From an uncultured Gemmatimonadales bacterium (GTDB taxonomy: Bacteria > Gemmatimonadota > Gemmatimonadetes > Gemmatimonadales > GWC2-71-9), in the NCBI GenBank assembly GCA_963821525.1, contig CAWGED010000005.1, forward strand, positions 64,001 through 128,000: a stretch of 64,000 bases of DNA, written 5' to 3'. The notes under the pieces were generated by a model. It ran no database searches and was not told where the DNA came from. It saw only the letters and a list, made by a program, of their open reading frames with translations. Positions 1-10,374 of this stretch are shown here, in pieces. A program made the translations under genes and the position numbers. Numbering within the stretch: the first letter of the stretch is position 1; every line of letters starts with the position of its first letter.

Positions 1-561
1 GATCGGCTGGACCTTCACCTGACCCGAGCCGAACACCACTCCCAGCGGCGCGCCGGCCAGGCGAGCCAATCCCTCGAGCACCGGGCTGCCCGGTCCAAAG
101 ATCATCGTAGGGCGAACAATCGCGTAATCCAGTCCGCTGGAGCGCACGAGGGCCTCGGCTTCGATCTTCGATTCGGCGTAGTGATACGAAGCGCGATTGC
201 GAAACCGTGCGGCGATGCTGCTTACCAGGATGAACCGACGGAGTCCAGCGCAACGCGACTCCTCGAGGACCCGGCGAGTACCCTCGACGTTTACCGCCCG
301 GAACCGTGCCTCGGAAGCCTTACCAGTCGCGGCGGCTAGATGAAGCACTACCTCGTGACCGGGCAGGGCATGGACCCAGGAGGCCGTGTCATCCAGGTCG
401 CCCTCGATGTAGCGCCAGCCGGAACGCGGGGGAATCGTCCGGGTCAGCGACTCGCGATCACGAGTGAGACAGGTAACAGGATTGAAAGCGCCGCCGGGTA
501 GGCTGCGAAGCAACGCGCGGCCGACCAGGCCGCGGGCGCCGGTCACGAAGAGTGAGGCCAT
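1..561 (-). CDS. NAD-dependent epimerase/dehydratase (extended SDR), 3' end runs off window
   Basis: Manual translation from ATG at 561: MASLFVTGARGLVG (GxxGxxG), HLAA, FILVSS, YAESK (YxxxK), IVRPTMIFG; not in ORF track. Confidence 0.85.
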   Translation of the reverse strand, partial: MASLFVTGARGLVGRALLRSLPGGAFNPVTCLTRDRESLTRTIPPRSGWRYIEGDLDDTASWVHALPGHEVVLHLAAATGKASEARFRAVNVEGTRRVLEESRCAGLRRFILVSSIAARFRNRASYHYAESKIEAEALVRSSGLDYAIVRPTMIFGPGSPVLEGLARLAGAPLGVVFGSGQVKVQPI

Positions 562-599
562 GCGTAACTGGCGGGATTTCGAGTGGAGTTCAGGGAACG

Positions 600-860
600 A
601 TGCGCTTGGAGACGGCGGCTGCGTGGCACGACTGAGAAAGCAGGCGGCTGCACTTGCCGCCCGACATCGTCAATTCCATCGGTCGAGCCGTTGTCCACGA
701 TCACGCGCCAGCGCCAAGTCACGGCGTTGTCAAGGAATCCGCGTACTATTGCGATGCTCTTGGCCAGCACGTGGGCTTCGTTCAGTACCGGAATGACAAC
801 GTCCACCAGTAGCTCGGCGCCTGGTTCCTGGGTCAATGTGGGCTCTGGAATCTGAGGAAT
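600..860 (-). pseudogene. Truncated GT2 glycosyltransferase N-terminal remnant
   Basis: VDVVIPVLNEAHVLAKSI...WRVIVDNGSTDG in the 543..1289 frame, then similarity collapses; no start codon nearby and no DxD half. Confidence 0.6.
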
Positions 861-910
861 GAACAACCTTCGTCGACTCAGCCGTTGGTACCACTTCTCT
901 GCCTTGAGAT

Positions 911-2428
911 TCATGCCTCCGGAGGTTGGGCAGGGTCTCGAATGGTCCACACGACGGTGATGAGTACTCCCAGCAGCATGAAGAAGGGAAGGGCGTTCAC
1001 CGGAGCCTCCAGCCAGGGAAGGTACTGCTTGGAAGTTTTTCCCAGAACAGTGAGCCAGGGTAGCTGGAAGCCGGCCACGAAGACTTGGATCAGATTGTCT
1101 ATCACACTGCCCTGACTGCGGACCATCGAGATGGACCAGTTGATGACGAATGAGACCAAAGCGAGGGAATACCCCAGCCAGCGCGGCAGTCGCAGCAGCA
1201 CCGCGGCGGCCAGCAGGAAGAGGAACGGAATGACCGGAACGAGATAGCGAAGTCCCGTCACGTATTGCACCCGGGTGTACTGGACGCATCCGAAGAAGAG
1301 GATGAAGACCACCGCATAGGCCAGGGAGAACCAGATTTCACGCGACGGCAAGAATGAAGTACCCCGCCGGCTGAGCCAGGGCGCCGCGAAGGCGAGCAGG
1401 GTGATGGGAGCGACGATAAACAGGCCGTAGCGCGGGTCGATGAGGAGAAGCCGCACCAACTCGGTCGAGAGGCCGCCCACACCCTTGTAGCCCACATCGG
1501 TCCCTTCCACCGCTGGCATCCAGTGTTGTGCCGGGTGGAACCAGTCGCCGAAGCATGCCCATTGGTAATAGAACAGCATCAGAACCGGCGGGATGGCGCC
1601 TGCGGCATACCACAAGGAGTCCCGGAATCCCCGGCCGAAACCATGCTCGTCTCGCCCGACCCACAGCGCATAAAGGCCCAGCAGACCGAGGGAGAGTCCT
1701 CCGCTGTAGTCGATGAGAAGGCAGAACCCGCCCAGGAAGCCGGCCAGCAGGTATCGAGTTCGAAGCGACCAGCGGAGGTGCCCACCGGGATTCCAGATCA
1801 GCACGAACGCGAAGAGCGATGCGACACCGATGCCGAGGTTCTGGTTCAGGAAGGCGGTGCGAAAGAAGACCGGCGTGCCGAAGGCGTAGAGAAACGTGAG
1901 TGCCAGAGCCACTCGACGTCCCAGGCCGAGGTGGCCTAGCAGGCCGAAGATCACCACCGCGGAATAGGCGCTGAGTGGAGCCATGCAAAGGGCCTGGGTG
2001 ATCGCGCCGACCAATCCGAAACGCACATCCAGCCCCAGTCGCCGCACCTTCTGGTAGAACTCTACCCGGCGCCACCGCGGATCGTTGTACTGGGCTGTGG
2101 TGTCCGCCCGCCCTCGCGCGGCGAGGGCCTTGGCGACCACGAGATCTACCGCCGGCTTGGTGAGGAAATAGGGGATGGCTCCCACGAAGGAAATTCCGGG
2201 ATTGGCATCCTGATGAGCCCCGCCATGGGGTGCCGTCGGCGGGTTCTGGAAAATGTCGACGTGCATCCCCAGATACGGGTCCAGCCGGAAGGTGTGGTCC
2301 TCCACGATGCTCAATACCAGATAGTGCTCGCGCACGAAATCGGTAGCAAAGTGAAGGACGTACACCATCCAGCAGGTGAGGAAGAGTCGGATCTTCACCG
2401 AGCGGAGGGAGAGATCGGCGAGGCTCAT
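911..2428 (-). CDS. Polytopic membrane protein, probable GT-C fold glycosyltransferase
   Basis: 505 aa, many hydrophobic segments, LYAFGTP and LRYLVPVIPFL motifs resembling GT-C proteins; glycan-cluster context. Confidence 0.6.
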   Translation of the reverse strand: MSLADLSLRSVKIRLFLTCWMVYVLHFATDFVREHYLVLSIVEDHTFRLDPYLGMHVDIFQNPPTAPHGGAHQDANPGISFVGAIPYFLTKPAVDLVVAKALAARGRADTTAQYNDPRWRRVEFYQKVRRLGLDVRFGLVGAITQALCMAPLSAYSAVVIFGLLGHLGLGRRVALALTFLYAFGTPVFFRTAFLNQNLGIGVASLFAFVLIWNPGGHLRWSLRTRYLLAGFLGGFCLLIDYSGGLSLGLLGLYALWVGRDEHGFGRGFRDSLWYAAGAIPPVLMLFYYQWACFGDWFHPAQHWMPAVEGTDVGYKGVGGLSTELVRLLLIDPRYGLFIVAPITLLAFAAPWLSRRGTSFLPSREIWFSLAYAVVFILFFGCVQYTRVQYVTGLRYLVPVIPFLFLLAAAVLLRLPRWLGYSLALVSFVINWSISMVRSQGSVIDNLIQVFVAGFQLPWLTVLGKTSKQYLPWLEAPVNALPFFMLLGVLITVVWTIRDPAQPPEA

Positions 2429-3468
2429 GGCTTGGGACTCAGCGCTATGGCCCTGGACTCCGCACTGCTCTGGTAGACCGCGTTGGCGATCTCAACCGCG
2501 CGGAAGCCGGCGAATCCGTCCGCGAGCGGCACCGTCTCCCCATTGATCATGCGAAGGAAATCGGCCAGCTCTTCCTGAAACGAGAGCAGCGCGGTCGAAG
2601 TCCAGCTCTTGAGCTTTTCCCGCACCATGATTTCCGGATAGAGTTTGCGGATTTTCCGCCGTGCGCCACCCGGTTTGTCCTGGGTAACCAGGAGATTGGA
2701 CATCGGCGCGTAGTACCCCTTCACCATCCCGCGGTCGCCGTACGCTTCGACGTAAAACCGATAACCCTTCCACTCGGTCCAGGTCGCTTCGTAGGTCGCC
2801 GGAACACCGGATGGGCTGCGGAACACGGCTACCGCGTTGTCCTCCGAGCCGGGGACCTTCCAGATATGGTTGCTGGACACCCCGTAGACTTCGGTGACAT
2901 CACCCAGGATGTACCGGGCGAGGTCAGTCATGTGAATGCCGACGTCCATCATCGCGCCACCACCTGACTCTGGCGCCTTGTATTGCCAGTCGGCCCTGAA
3001 GTTGTGGAGGCCGTCGTGCCCGCCGAAGACGCGGACGTGGTCCAGCGTCCCGATCTGCCCCTCGTCGATCGCCCGCTTGAGAAACTTGATCGCCGGGTAG
3101 TAGCGATGATTGAATCCCGTCGCGAGCCGCTTGCCGCTCGTGCGGGCGGCATCGAGCATGCGCCTGCAGGAGTCCACGGTGTTGCCCAGCGGCTTCTCGC
3201 ACAACACGTGTTTCCCCGCGCGAAGAGCGGCCACGACCGCCTGCTCGTGGAACTGGAGTGGCGACGACACGATGACCGCTTCGAGGCCCGGCAGCTCCAA
3301 CAACTGCTCGAGTGACTGGCACACCCGGGCCCCGGTGCCCGCGGCCGCCTTGGCGGCGTTGGCCTGGGCTACGTCGAGCACGCCGGCCAGCTCGGTTGCG
3401 GGATTCGCACGGATCGTCTGGGCACGGAGCTGGCCGATGGTGCCGGCTCCAACAACGGCAAAGCGCAT
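2425..3468 (-). CDS. Gfo/Idh/MocA family oxidoreductase
   Basis: MRFAVVGAGTIG, HVLCEKP, GGGAMMDVGIH motifs. Confidence 0.9.
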   Translation of the reverse strand: MRFAVVGAGTIGQLRAQTIRANPATELAGVLDVAQANAAKAAAGTGARVCQSLEQLLELPGLEAVIVSSPLQFHEQAVVAALRAGKHVLCEKPLGNTVDSCRRMLDAARTSGKRLATGFNHRYYPAIKFLKRAIDEGQIGTLDHVRVFGGHDGLHNFRADWQYKAPESGGGAMMDVGIHMTDLARYILGDVTEVYGVSSNHIWKVPGSEDNAVAVFRSPSGVPATYEATWTEWKGYRFYVEAYGDRGMVKGYYAPMSNLLVTQDKPGGARRKIRKLYPEIMVREKLKSWTSTALLSFQEELADFLRMINGETVPLADGFAGFRAVEIANAVYQSSAESRAIALSPKP

Positions 3469-3473
3469 TGCGT

Positions 3474-4899
3474 TCAATCCTCCACTACGTGGGTGGCAAA
3501 GACCTTCCGATACTCTGTCCACTTGTCCTCGTTGAACCCGGCAGGCTCGAGACAGTCCACCGCGGCGCGTGCCATGTAGAGCGCGTGATGGGTGTTGTCA
3601 TGGGCGAAGAGACCCTGCCTGCCATAGGTCAGCAGCCGGGGCAGACTCTCGGCCCAGTGATCCAGGGTTCCGAATGGTCCCTCGTAGCCCCTGGTATAGA
3701 TGGGATACGCCTGCCGCAGACGCCGGGTGTGGACCGCGACCGGGGGCGCCGGGAGGGGGATGCCCGCTCGGGCCAGATCGTCGGCCACCTGGCGACCAAG
3801 CCCCGCATCGTCCATCCGCCACACCTCATCGTCGGCCTCGCATGGCAGCTCCGCGCACAGCGTGGTCCGCCCGCGGGGTTCCGCGACGACCGCATAGTTC
3901 TTGGGCTCGGACAGTCGGGTGATGCTCACGTCCGCGGACGGGAAGTAGTGGGCATCGTACTCGGTGAATTGGTCTACCGGCAGCTCGAGGTAGACCAGTA
4001 TCATCGCCCGATACTCGATGCCCGCGCTCGCGTCCCGCACTTCGTCAGGGACCCGCCCGCTCAAGGATCGGGCGAGGACAGTGATCGGGATGGTGGACCA
4101 GACGTAATCCGCCGTCACCTCCGTGGTCTTGCCGTTGCGATCGAGCTCGATGATCCAGGGGGCCTGCGCGCTGGACGGGCCGTGCAGCTTGGCAACGCGT
4201 GAGCCCAATCGGAAATCCGCTCCATTCTTCTGTGCTGCAGCGGCGAACGCTTCCGATATCTGTCCGTAACCCTTCTTCGGATAGAAGAACCGTCCAGCTC
4301 CCGGTGGCTTGAGCCCAGGAACCTGGGATCAGGACTTTTCGCACCAGCTTTCCGAACGATCCGGCCGAGACTCGACGCCGGGCCTGAATTCCCGAGAGGG
4401 TGTCCGGATCTCTACCCCAGATCTTCCGGGCATATGGGAAATAGAAATCGCGGCAGATGGTGGGTCCCAGATTGGCCAAAAGGACACTGGCGAAGCTGTC
4501 TCCTTCATCGCGCTTGCCACCCAGGGCTTTTCTCCCCATGTCGGTGAGCGAGCCCAGGGCGAACTGAGGATCCAGCCGCAGCATCAGATCGACTGGCTTG
4601 AGCGGGAAGTGAACGAACTTGCCCCGCAGGTGAATCCGGCCATGTCGCGGCCGGTCCAGCAGGTCGTCCCCGAGCAGGTCACGAATCTCCGCCAGAATCT
4701 CCGGGTCGCATGCCGGGTGCAGGCGGTGGCTTCCATAGTCCAGCCGTTGACCTCCAGCCTCGAAGCTGCCGGCGTTTCCACCAACAACCGTATTCTGCTC
4801 GACCACGGTGACCTGGGCCTTGCGGGTCTTGCGCAGCCAATGGGCCGCGCCGACCCCGGCAGGGCCGGCGCCGAGGATCACGATCCTGGGTTCAGGCAT
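3474..4899 (-). CDS. FAD-dependent oxidoreductase (protoporphyrinogen-oxidase/UDP-galactopyranose-mutase-like), frameshift at ~4330
   Basis: [16 protein letters not shown] in ORF 4045..4998 joins ORF 3474..4208 (QAYPIY, GRQGLF) after removing one base near 4330. Confidence 0.8.
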
Positions 4900-5860
4900 G
4901 TGACGAATGAGTCTCCACGGCGGGCCGGATTGCCGCGCCAAATGGTGCGCCGCGCCGGCGACCGAGCAGCAGCCAGACGAGGCCGCCAATGAGGCCACCC
5001 GCGATGAGTACGGTCTGCCAGAGGAGCGAACACACTACGCCGACCGCGAAGGGGACTCCGAACGGTGCGAGCAGGGCAGCGAGGGTGGTTTCCCGCACGG
5101 CAAGGCCGCCGAGGCTGATCGGCATGAGTCCGGCGATCTTGGCCAGGGGCCAGACCAGGAACCACACCGTCAGGGGTACTCGAATCCCCAGTTGCCAGCC
5201 AAGCCACGCGTTGAGGAGGACGAAACTGCCCTGAATCGTGAGCGAGAGACACAACGTCTTGGCGGCACTACGGGGATTCCGCGCGAGACGGCGCAGCGCA
5301 ACCAGGGCACGACCGATTGGCCTGCGCAGACGGCGCGGCCAGCGATTGAGCCGGCGCCGCAGCATGAGCGGCAGGAAGATCAACAGCACCGCGCTGCCCA
5401 GGATCAGGGAAACCGTGATCAGGTTCCCGCCAACCCCGGGCAGCGCGTCGTGGGACAGTAATCCGCCGGCGGCAACCAGGATCGTCATGGCGATCATGTC
5501 GGTCACTCGGTCGAGCACGCCGCCCAGGAAGGCCGCTTCCGGTCGCCGGGTGAAGCGGCTCGCAAGGGCAGCCCGCAGTACATCGCCCCCAACGATGCTG
5601 GGCAGGCACAGGTTGGCGAAAAGGCCGGCGCCATAACACAGCGCCGCGTCGGCGAAGCCGAGGTCTGAGCGGCCGGCGTTCACGAACGTCCGCCACTTCA
5701 CGACGCCGAGCGTGTGCCCAAGCACAAAGCCGAGCAACACACCCACCCAGACGATTGCCGAGAGGCGCAATAGCGCATCCCGAACCTGATGCCACGGAAG
5801 CAACAGGAAGAACGCCGTGAGCAGTCCGACGCTGACTGCGACCTTGAGCCAGAGTTTCAT
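4892..5860 (-). CDS. Lysylphosphatidylglycerol-synthase TM-domain (UPF0104, flippase-like) protein
   Basis: [30 protein letters not shown] motifs; about 8 TM segments. Confidence 0.8.
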   Translation of the reverse strand: MKLWLKVAVSVGLLTAFFLLLPWHQVRDALLRLSAIVWVGVLLGFVLGHTLGVVKWRTFVNAGRSDLGFADAALCYGAGLFANLCLPSIVGGDVLRAALASRFTRRPEAAFLGGVLDRVTDMIAMTILVAAGGLLSHDALPGVGGNLITVSLILGSAVLLIFLPLMLRRRLNRWPRRLRRPIGRALVALRRLARNPRSAAKTLCLSLTIQGSFVLLNAWLGWQLGIRVPLTVWFLVWPLAKIAGLMPISLGGLAVRETTLAALLAPFGVPFAVGVVCSLLWQTVLIAGGLIGGLVWLLLGRRRGAPFGAAIRPAVETHSSHA

Positions 5861-6750
5861 CGTCTCAGTCCGAGCCGCACGTTCTGGTCGGCGAGGAGCC
5901 CGACGGCCCAGACGATCAAGGCACCCAGCAGCGCCAGGACGGCGCTCTCGGAGAGGTTGTCCTTGTACACGTCGTAGCCGAACTTCGCCAAACCGAGGAC
6001 GGCCAGAAACGCGCCTAGCGGAACGAAGACTTTCAATGGATTGAAGTAGACGATGGTCCGCAGGATGAGCAGGGTGAAGTCGTACGCGTGCCGGGGCCGG
6101 ATCTTCGATTCACCCAGCCGGGCGCGGTAGTTGATCGGCAGGTACTCGACCGCGTGGCCGTTACAGATCGCCGCGAGGGTTATCGTTGTCGTGAACGAGA
6201 AACCCGCCGGCAGCAGGTGCTCGTAGCGCAGCACCAGGCTCTTCCGCATGAGCCGCATTCCGGAGTTGATGTCCGGGATATCCCGCTCCGACAGATAGCT
6301 CGCGAGCCAGCGCAGGAAAGCCTTCGCCGGTCGCCGGGCCAGCGGCACCCGCACCGACTCGCCGGTCCGCGCCCCAACCACCATCTCATTGCAACCCGTC
6401 GCCGCCAGCAGCTCGGGGATCGCCTCGACCGGATAGGTGCCGTCGGCATCGGTGATCAGGATCCATTCGTGCTGGGCCCGGTGAATCCCCAGTTTCAGCG
6501 CCGCGCCGTATCCCTGGTTCTGGCGCCGCCGGAGCACCCGGACTCCGTCGAGATCCGCCGCCTGAGCCGTGCCGTCCTTGGAGCCGTCGTCCACCACGAT
6601 GATCTCGTATTTCCATCCGGAGTCGCGCATTACCGCGTCCACCGCGCGGATCTGCTCCGCGACGTGGGCAGCCTCGTTGTATGCCGGAATGACGACCGAC
6701 ACCGCGCGCTCGCGGGGGCCCGACTCGTCAGCAACGATCTCTTCGATCAC
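5857..6750 (-). CDS. GT2 glycosyltransferase (DPM/polyprenyl-phosphate type) with C-terminal TM helices
   Basis: VVIPAYNE, VVDDGSKDGT, TDADGTY; GTG at 6750 with GAGG upstream. Confidence 0.9.
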   Translation of the reverse strand: MIEEIVADESGPRERAVSVVIPAYNEAAHVAEQIRAVDAVMRDSGWKYEIIVVDDGSKDGTAQAADLDGVRVLRRRQNQGYGAALKLGIHRAQHEWILITDADGTYPVEAIPELLAATGCNEMVVGARTGESVRVPLARRPAKAFLRWLASYLSERDIPDINSGMRLMRKSLVLRYEHLLPAGFSFTTTITLAAICNGHAVEYLPINYRARLGESKIRPRHAYDFTLLILRTIVYFNPLKVFVPLGAFLAVLGLAKFGYDVYKDNLSESAVLALLGALIVWAVGLLADQNVRLGLRR

Positions 6751-6760
6751 GCGAGGCGCC

Positions 6761-8419
6761 TCACGTCGGGGAATTGGAGGAACGAGACACCAGGACCACG
6801 ATGGCACCGCCGCCCACGCTGCCAGGGAAGACCGCGGCGGTGTCGTACCGGCTCTCGAGCCGCGACCAGATCTCCGGCTGGACCGCCGCTAACCGGATCG
6901 GGAACGTGTACAGCACCCAGGTACGAGCGTGCTGGCCTTCCGCTGCTTCGAGAGCCGCGAGATTGTCCACCTCGTCCCAGGACTTCCCGAAGTACCGGGC
7001 GTAAGGATAGCGGGTCAGATCCAGCGTGACGATCACGTCGTCGGGCGCCCGCCGAGCCTCGACGAAGCCGGCGGCGCCGGCGTAGTCCTGCTTGGGCTGC
7101 CAGGCCCGGGGCACCGTCAAGGCGCTCCCAACGGCGACCAGCACCATAGCGGCAGTAGCGAGCAACTCTCCCCTGGTCTTGAAAAGCAGCCGCGAGATCG
7201 TGAAAACACCTCGAACCGCGATCATCACCGCGAAGCCGGCGCTGAAGAAGAAAAACCTCGGCCAGAGGTTATGCGACATCGCCAGCACCGCAAACATCGT
7301 TATGACCCCAGGGAGAATGAAGAGCGATACCACCGTGAGACTCTGGCGTGCGTAGCTCCAGAGCCCCGCACCGGCAACGACGAGACCGCCGACGAGCGCA
7401 ATCCATCCTCCCGGAAGTCCTCGCGCCAGACCGCCCAGCGTCTCGGTCAAGAGCCACAGCGGATCCTTCCACGCGGTGTCGGTCCCCGCCATCGTCGGAG
7501 TGAGCAGCGTGTCGAAGAACTGAGGCAATACCAGCGCGTAAAGCTGCAGCGAGAAAGTGCCGGTGAGGATGATCGCCGCGAGTGCTCGGCGGACCGGTGT
7601 GGTCAGGCTTCGGCCCTGGCGCCACCAAATCACCAGAGCGATGAGGGCGTGCGCCACTACGACGAACGCGGCGGTCACGTGGGTGTAGATCGCCAGGGCC
7701 ATGCACGCAGCGTAGAACACCGCCGTCTTCCACCCGGCCTGAGACGATCCGGTCAGGCGCAGAAATGCCTCGGTCCCCAGCAGAGAAAACAGCAGGAGCC
7801 CGGAATAGCCCCGGGCATTCTGAGAGAACCAGACGTGATGGTAGGAGAACGTGAGCAGGAGAGTCGCGAGCAAGGCCTCACGCTCGGAGGTCAACCGCGA
7901 CGCGAGGCGATACGTCGCCCAGAGACTCGCGGTCCCCATCAGGGCTGCCGGCAGGCGAAGACTCCAGCCGCTGTCGCCGAAGAGATCAACCGATAGACGC
8001 GCCAGGACCGAATAGAGCATGTGCTGGTTCTGGCTGTCGTAGGTCGTCAGGATCTGACCCAGCGGCAACCGGACGTAGTCCACCATGGTCTGGATCTCGT
8101 CGAACCAGAGTCCGACGCCGAGATCGTGTAGCCGCAAGGCCAGACCGGTGATCAACAGGCCCGCCAGCACCATCCGGGTCCCTGAGCTCGGTATTGCGCG
8201 AGTGGGCTCGGCTGCGGCCCCGTCAGTTCCAAGCGGAAGTCGCGGGGCCAGGGCAAGAATTACCGCGTGAAGTGCCAGTGTCGCCTTGAATATCCAGACC
8301 CCTATTTGAACCGAGGCCAGGTGGGGCGAGCTTCCAGCCAAGGCCGCGGCCGTCCAGTGTGGGGGCAGCAGGACAGCGACGACCAACAGCAGAAGGGCGG
8401 TGGCCTTGCTTCGTTCCAT
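6761..8419 (-). CDS. GT-C glycosyltransferase (GT39/GT83, PMT_2-like)
   Basis: GLWFDE, SLRLPAAL, SQNARGY motifs; multi-TM. Confidence 0.85.
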   Translation of the reverse strand: MERSKATALLLLVVAVLLPPHWTAAALAGSSPHLASVQIGVWIFKATLALHAVILALAPRLPLGTDGAAAEPTRAIPSSGTRMVLAGLLITGLALRLHDLGVGLWFDEIQTMVDYVRLPLGQILTTYDSQNQHMLYSVLARLSVDLFGDSGWSLRLPAALMGTASLWATYRLASRLTSEREALLATLLLTFSYHHVWFSQNARGYSGLLLFSLLGTEAFLRLTGSSQAGWKTAVFYAACMALAIYTHVTAAFVVVAHALIALVIWWRQGRSLTTPVRRALAAIILTGTFSLQLYALVLPQFFDTLLTPTMAGTDTAWKDPLWLLTETLGGLARGLPGGWIALVGGLVVAGAGLWSYARQSLTVVSLFILPGVITMFAVLAMSHNLWPRFFFFSAGFAVMIAVRGVFTISRLLFKTRGELLATAAMVLVAVGSALTVPRAWQPKQDYAGAAGFVEARRAPDDVIVTLDLTRYPYARYFGKSWDEVDNLAALEAAEGQHARTWVLYTFPIRLAAVQPEIWSRLESRYDTAAVFPGSVGGGAIVVLVSRSSNSPT

Positions 8420-8470
8420 TATGGAACTTCAGGGCTAGGGCGAGGGGCTAACATTCGGCGCCGTGACGGG

Positions 8471-8486
8471 AGCAATGTCCGTTCCA
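8471..8486 (-). promoter_or_regulatory. Sigma-54 (-24/-12) promoter for the 8419-to-1 operon
   Basis: Minus strand TGGAACGGACATTGCT = GG-N10-GC, close to TGGCAC-N5-TTGCW, ~52 nt upstream of ATG 8419. Confidence 0.7.
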
Positions 8487-8619
8487 GATCGTAGTTTAGC
8501 ACCGCTCCGAGGGATGGGCATCCCAGCCATTCTCCTCGTGGGGTCCGACTCAACACTTTCGATCAGCGGAAAGCGGAGGTGACGGCATTAGCACCGATCC
8601 TGCACCAAGTCCCGGGTCC

Positions 8620-10368
8620 ATGGCCGCCCCTCTGACAACCTCCGAGCCACATCCTGCTCCCCGTCGTTTTTGGGTCGGACTTCTGGTCGCGACCGCAGGA
8701 TGGCTTGCCTATATCCTGTCGCTCGAGCTGCTCAATCCGCGATTGGTCCCGTCCTGGCACGGGTTTCTGCACACCGCCATCGTTCGGCGTTTCCCCTCTC
8801 CCGGCCTGATTCCTGAAAATCCGTTCTTCGCCGGTGAGCCACTCAAGTACTACTGGTTCTTCCACTGGATGGGTGCCGGAGTGTCGCGGGTGTTTGGGGT
8901 GGATCCACTCACGGCACTCCGCTTCCTGGCGCTGGCCGGCCTTGTGTTGCTGACTCTCGCGGCGGGGCTGGTCGGTCGCAGAGTCTACGGCTCACTCGGA
9001 GCAGGACTTCTCATCGGTGTCTTCGCGCTTGCGGGGGCCAATCCCCTGGGACCGGCCATCGCCGTCGGGCGTCATCTGGTCCAACACCGTCAGCTCCTCG
9101 AGCGCACCGTGCATTCGGCCGAGCTTGAGACGGTCCACGTGAGCGACGATCTCGCCGATAGCCTCATGAGTCGGCCCCTGCTCCCTGCGATGTATCTCTC
9201 GGCGGATTGGCGGAACGGGCAAAACATCGTCTGGTTCGTAGACATCTCGTCCCGAGGGCTCGCTCTCGGCGTCATGATGCTGATGCTTTATTTCCTTCTC
9301 GATCCCCGCGCGGGACCCCTCTCGCTTGCCGGGACGGCAGTCACTGGCGCCCTGCTTACCGCTCTCAATCCGATCGTCGGTCTTGCTGCCTGCTTCCTCC
9401 TTGCCGGCAGCGTGACGGCGGTGTGGCTCCTGCATCGATGGAGGGGAGGAGATTCGGGCCCCATCGCGCCAGCGATCGCGCGGAGTGCTGCGCTCGTGAT
9501 CGGCGCGGTCGCGGCTCTGCCTACGTACTACCACCTGTTCGGCCAAGGCGGTTCCGGACGGATTTCACCGGTAGATCTTCTGGTGCTCAAGCTCGTCGTG
9601 ATCGCGGCCAATTTCCTGATTCTGCTGCCGCTCACGGCCCTCGGCATTAGATCGGTCCGAGGCGCGGCCGCGCCGGGGCTCCAGGGCGTTGCTCTCGCCG
9701 GCGTCCTCCTGTTAGGGCTGGTTCCTCTGATTCAGCTGGAGAAGGGCAACGAGCACAATCTCGCCAATGCGGCCTACGTGCTGCTCGCGGTGCCGGCTGT
9801 CGCATGGCTGGTCAGAGATATCAACGGTTCCCTGCGGCCTCCCCAAACCCAGCGTTCCCGAGTTCTCATCGCGGCGCTGGTCTGCCTCCCGATGACGGTG
9901 GGAACCTGGATCGCCTTCCACGGACGACCTCCGCTGCCATTCCTGGCCCACGCGGGCGTGCTCCAACGAACCCCCGAGACCGATCCGGTTGCGCAACTCT
10001 ATCGCTGGATCGGAAGCAATACCGATCGCGACGCCGTGTTTGTGGTGGATCCTTCGGATGTGGTCAAGATGTCGGGCAACGTCTCGGAGCTGCCGGCATT
10101 CACCGGCCGCGCGATCTTCACCGATCAGCCGAGTTACATGACGACGCCCTATCCTGATGCGGATCGGAGAACCACGATCTCGGGGAAGCTGGTCAGAGGA
10201 GAGGAACTGACGGTTGACGAGGCGGGGTACGTCCGCGGGCTGGGGCGTCCGGTGTACGTCATTACCTGGCACGCCGATGACTCGGGTCTACTCGAGCGGC
10301 TCAAGGGCCGCTACGGATCGCCCTCGTTCAGTGCGGGATTCGTCGCGGTGTTCGGACTGCGTCCCTGA
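8620..10368 (+). CDS. Polytopic membrane protein, probable GT-C-like transferase
   Basis: 582 aa, PENPFFAGEPLKYYWFFH loop, many TM segments, soluble C-terminal domain (WIGSNTDRDAVF...PAFTGR). Confidence 0.6.
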   Translation: MAAPLTTSEPHPAPRRFWVGLLVATAGWLAYILSLELLNPRLVPSWHGFLHTAIVRRFPSPGLIPENPFFAGEPLKYYWFFHWMGAGVSRVFGVDPLTALRFLALAGLVLLTLAAGLVGRRVYGSLGAGLLIGVFALAGANPLGPAIAVGRHLVQHRQLLERTVHSAELETVHVSDDLADSLMSRPLLPAMYLSADWRNGQNIVWFVDISSRGLALGVMMLMLYFLLDPRAGPLSLAGTAVTGALLTALNPIVGLAACFLLAGSVTAVWLLHRWRGGDSGPIAPAIARSAALVIGAVAALPTYYHLFGQGGSGRISPVDLLVLKLVVIAANFLILLPLTALGIRSVRGAAAPGLQGVALAGVLLLGLVPLIQLEKGNEHNLANAAYVLLAVPAVAWLVRDINGSLRPPQTQRSRVLIAALVCLPMTVGTWIAFHGRPPLPFLAHAGVLQRTPETDPVAQLYRWIGSNTDRDAVFVVDPSDVVKMSGNVSELPAFTGRAIFTDQPSYMTTPYPDADRRTTISGKLVRGEELTVDEAGYVRGLGRPVYVITWHADDSGLLERLKGRYGSPSFSAGFVAVFGLRP

Positions 10369-10374
10369 ACCTGC

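Noticed and set aside
8589..8604. Sigma-54-like motif TAGCACCGATCCTGCA before 8620
   Set aside because: Lacks the invariant GG at -24
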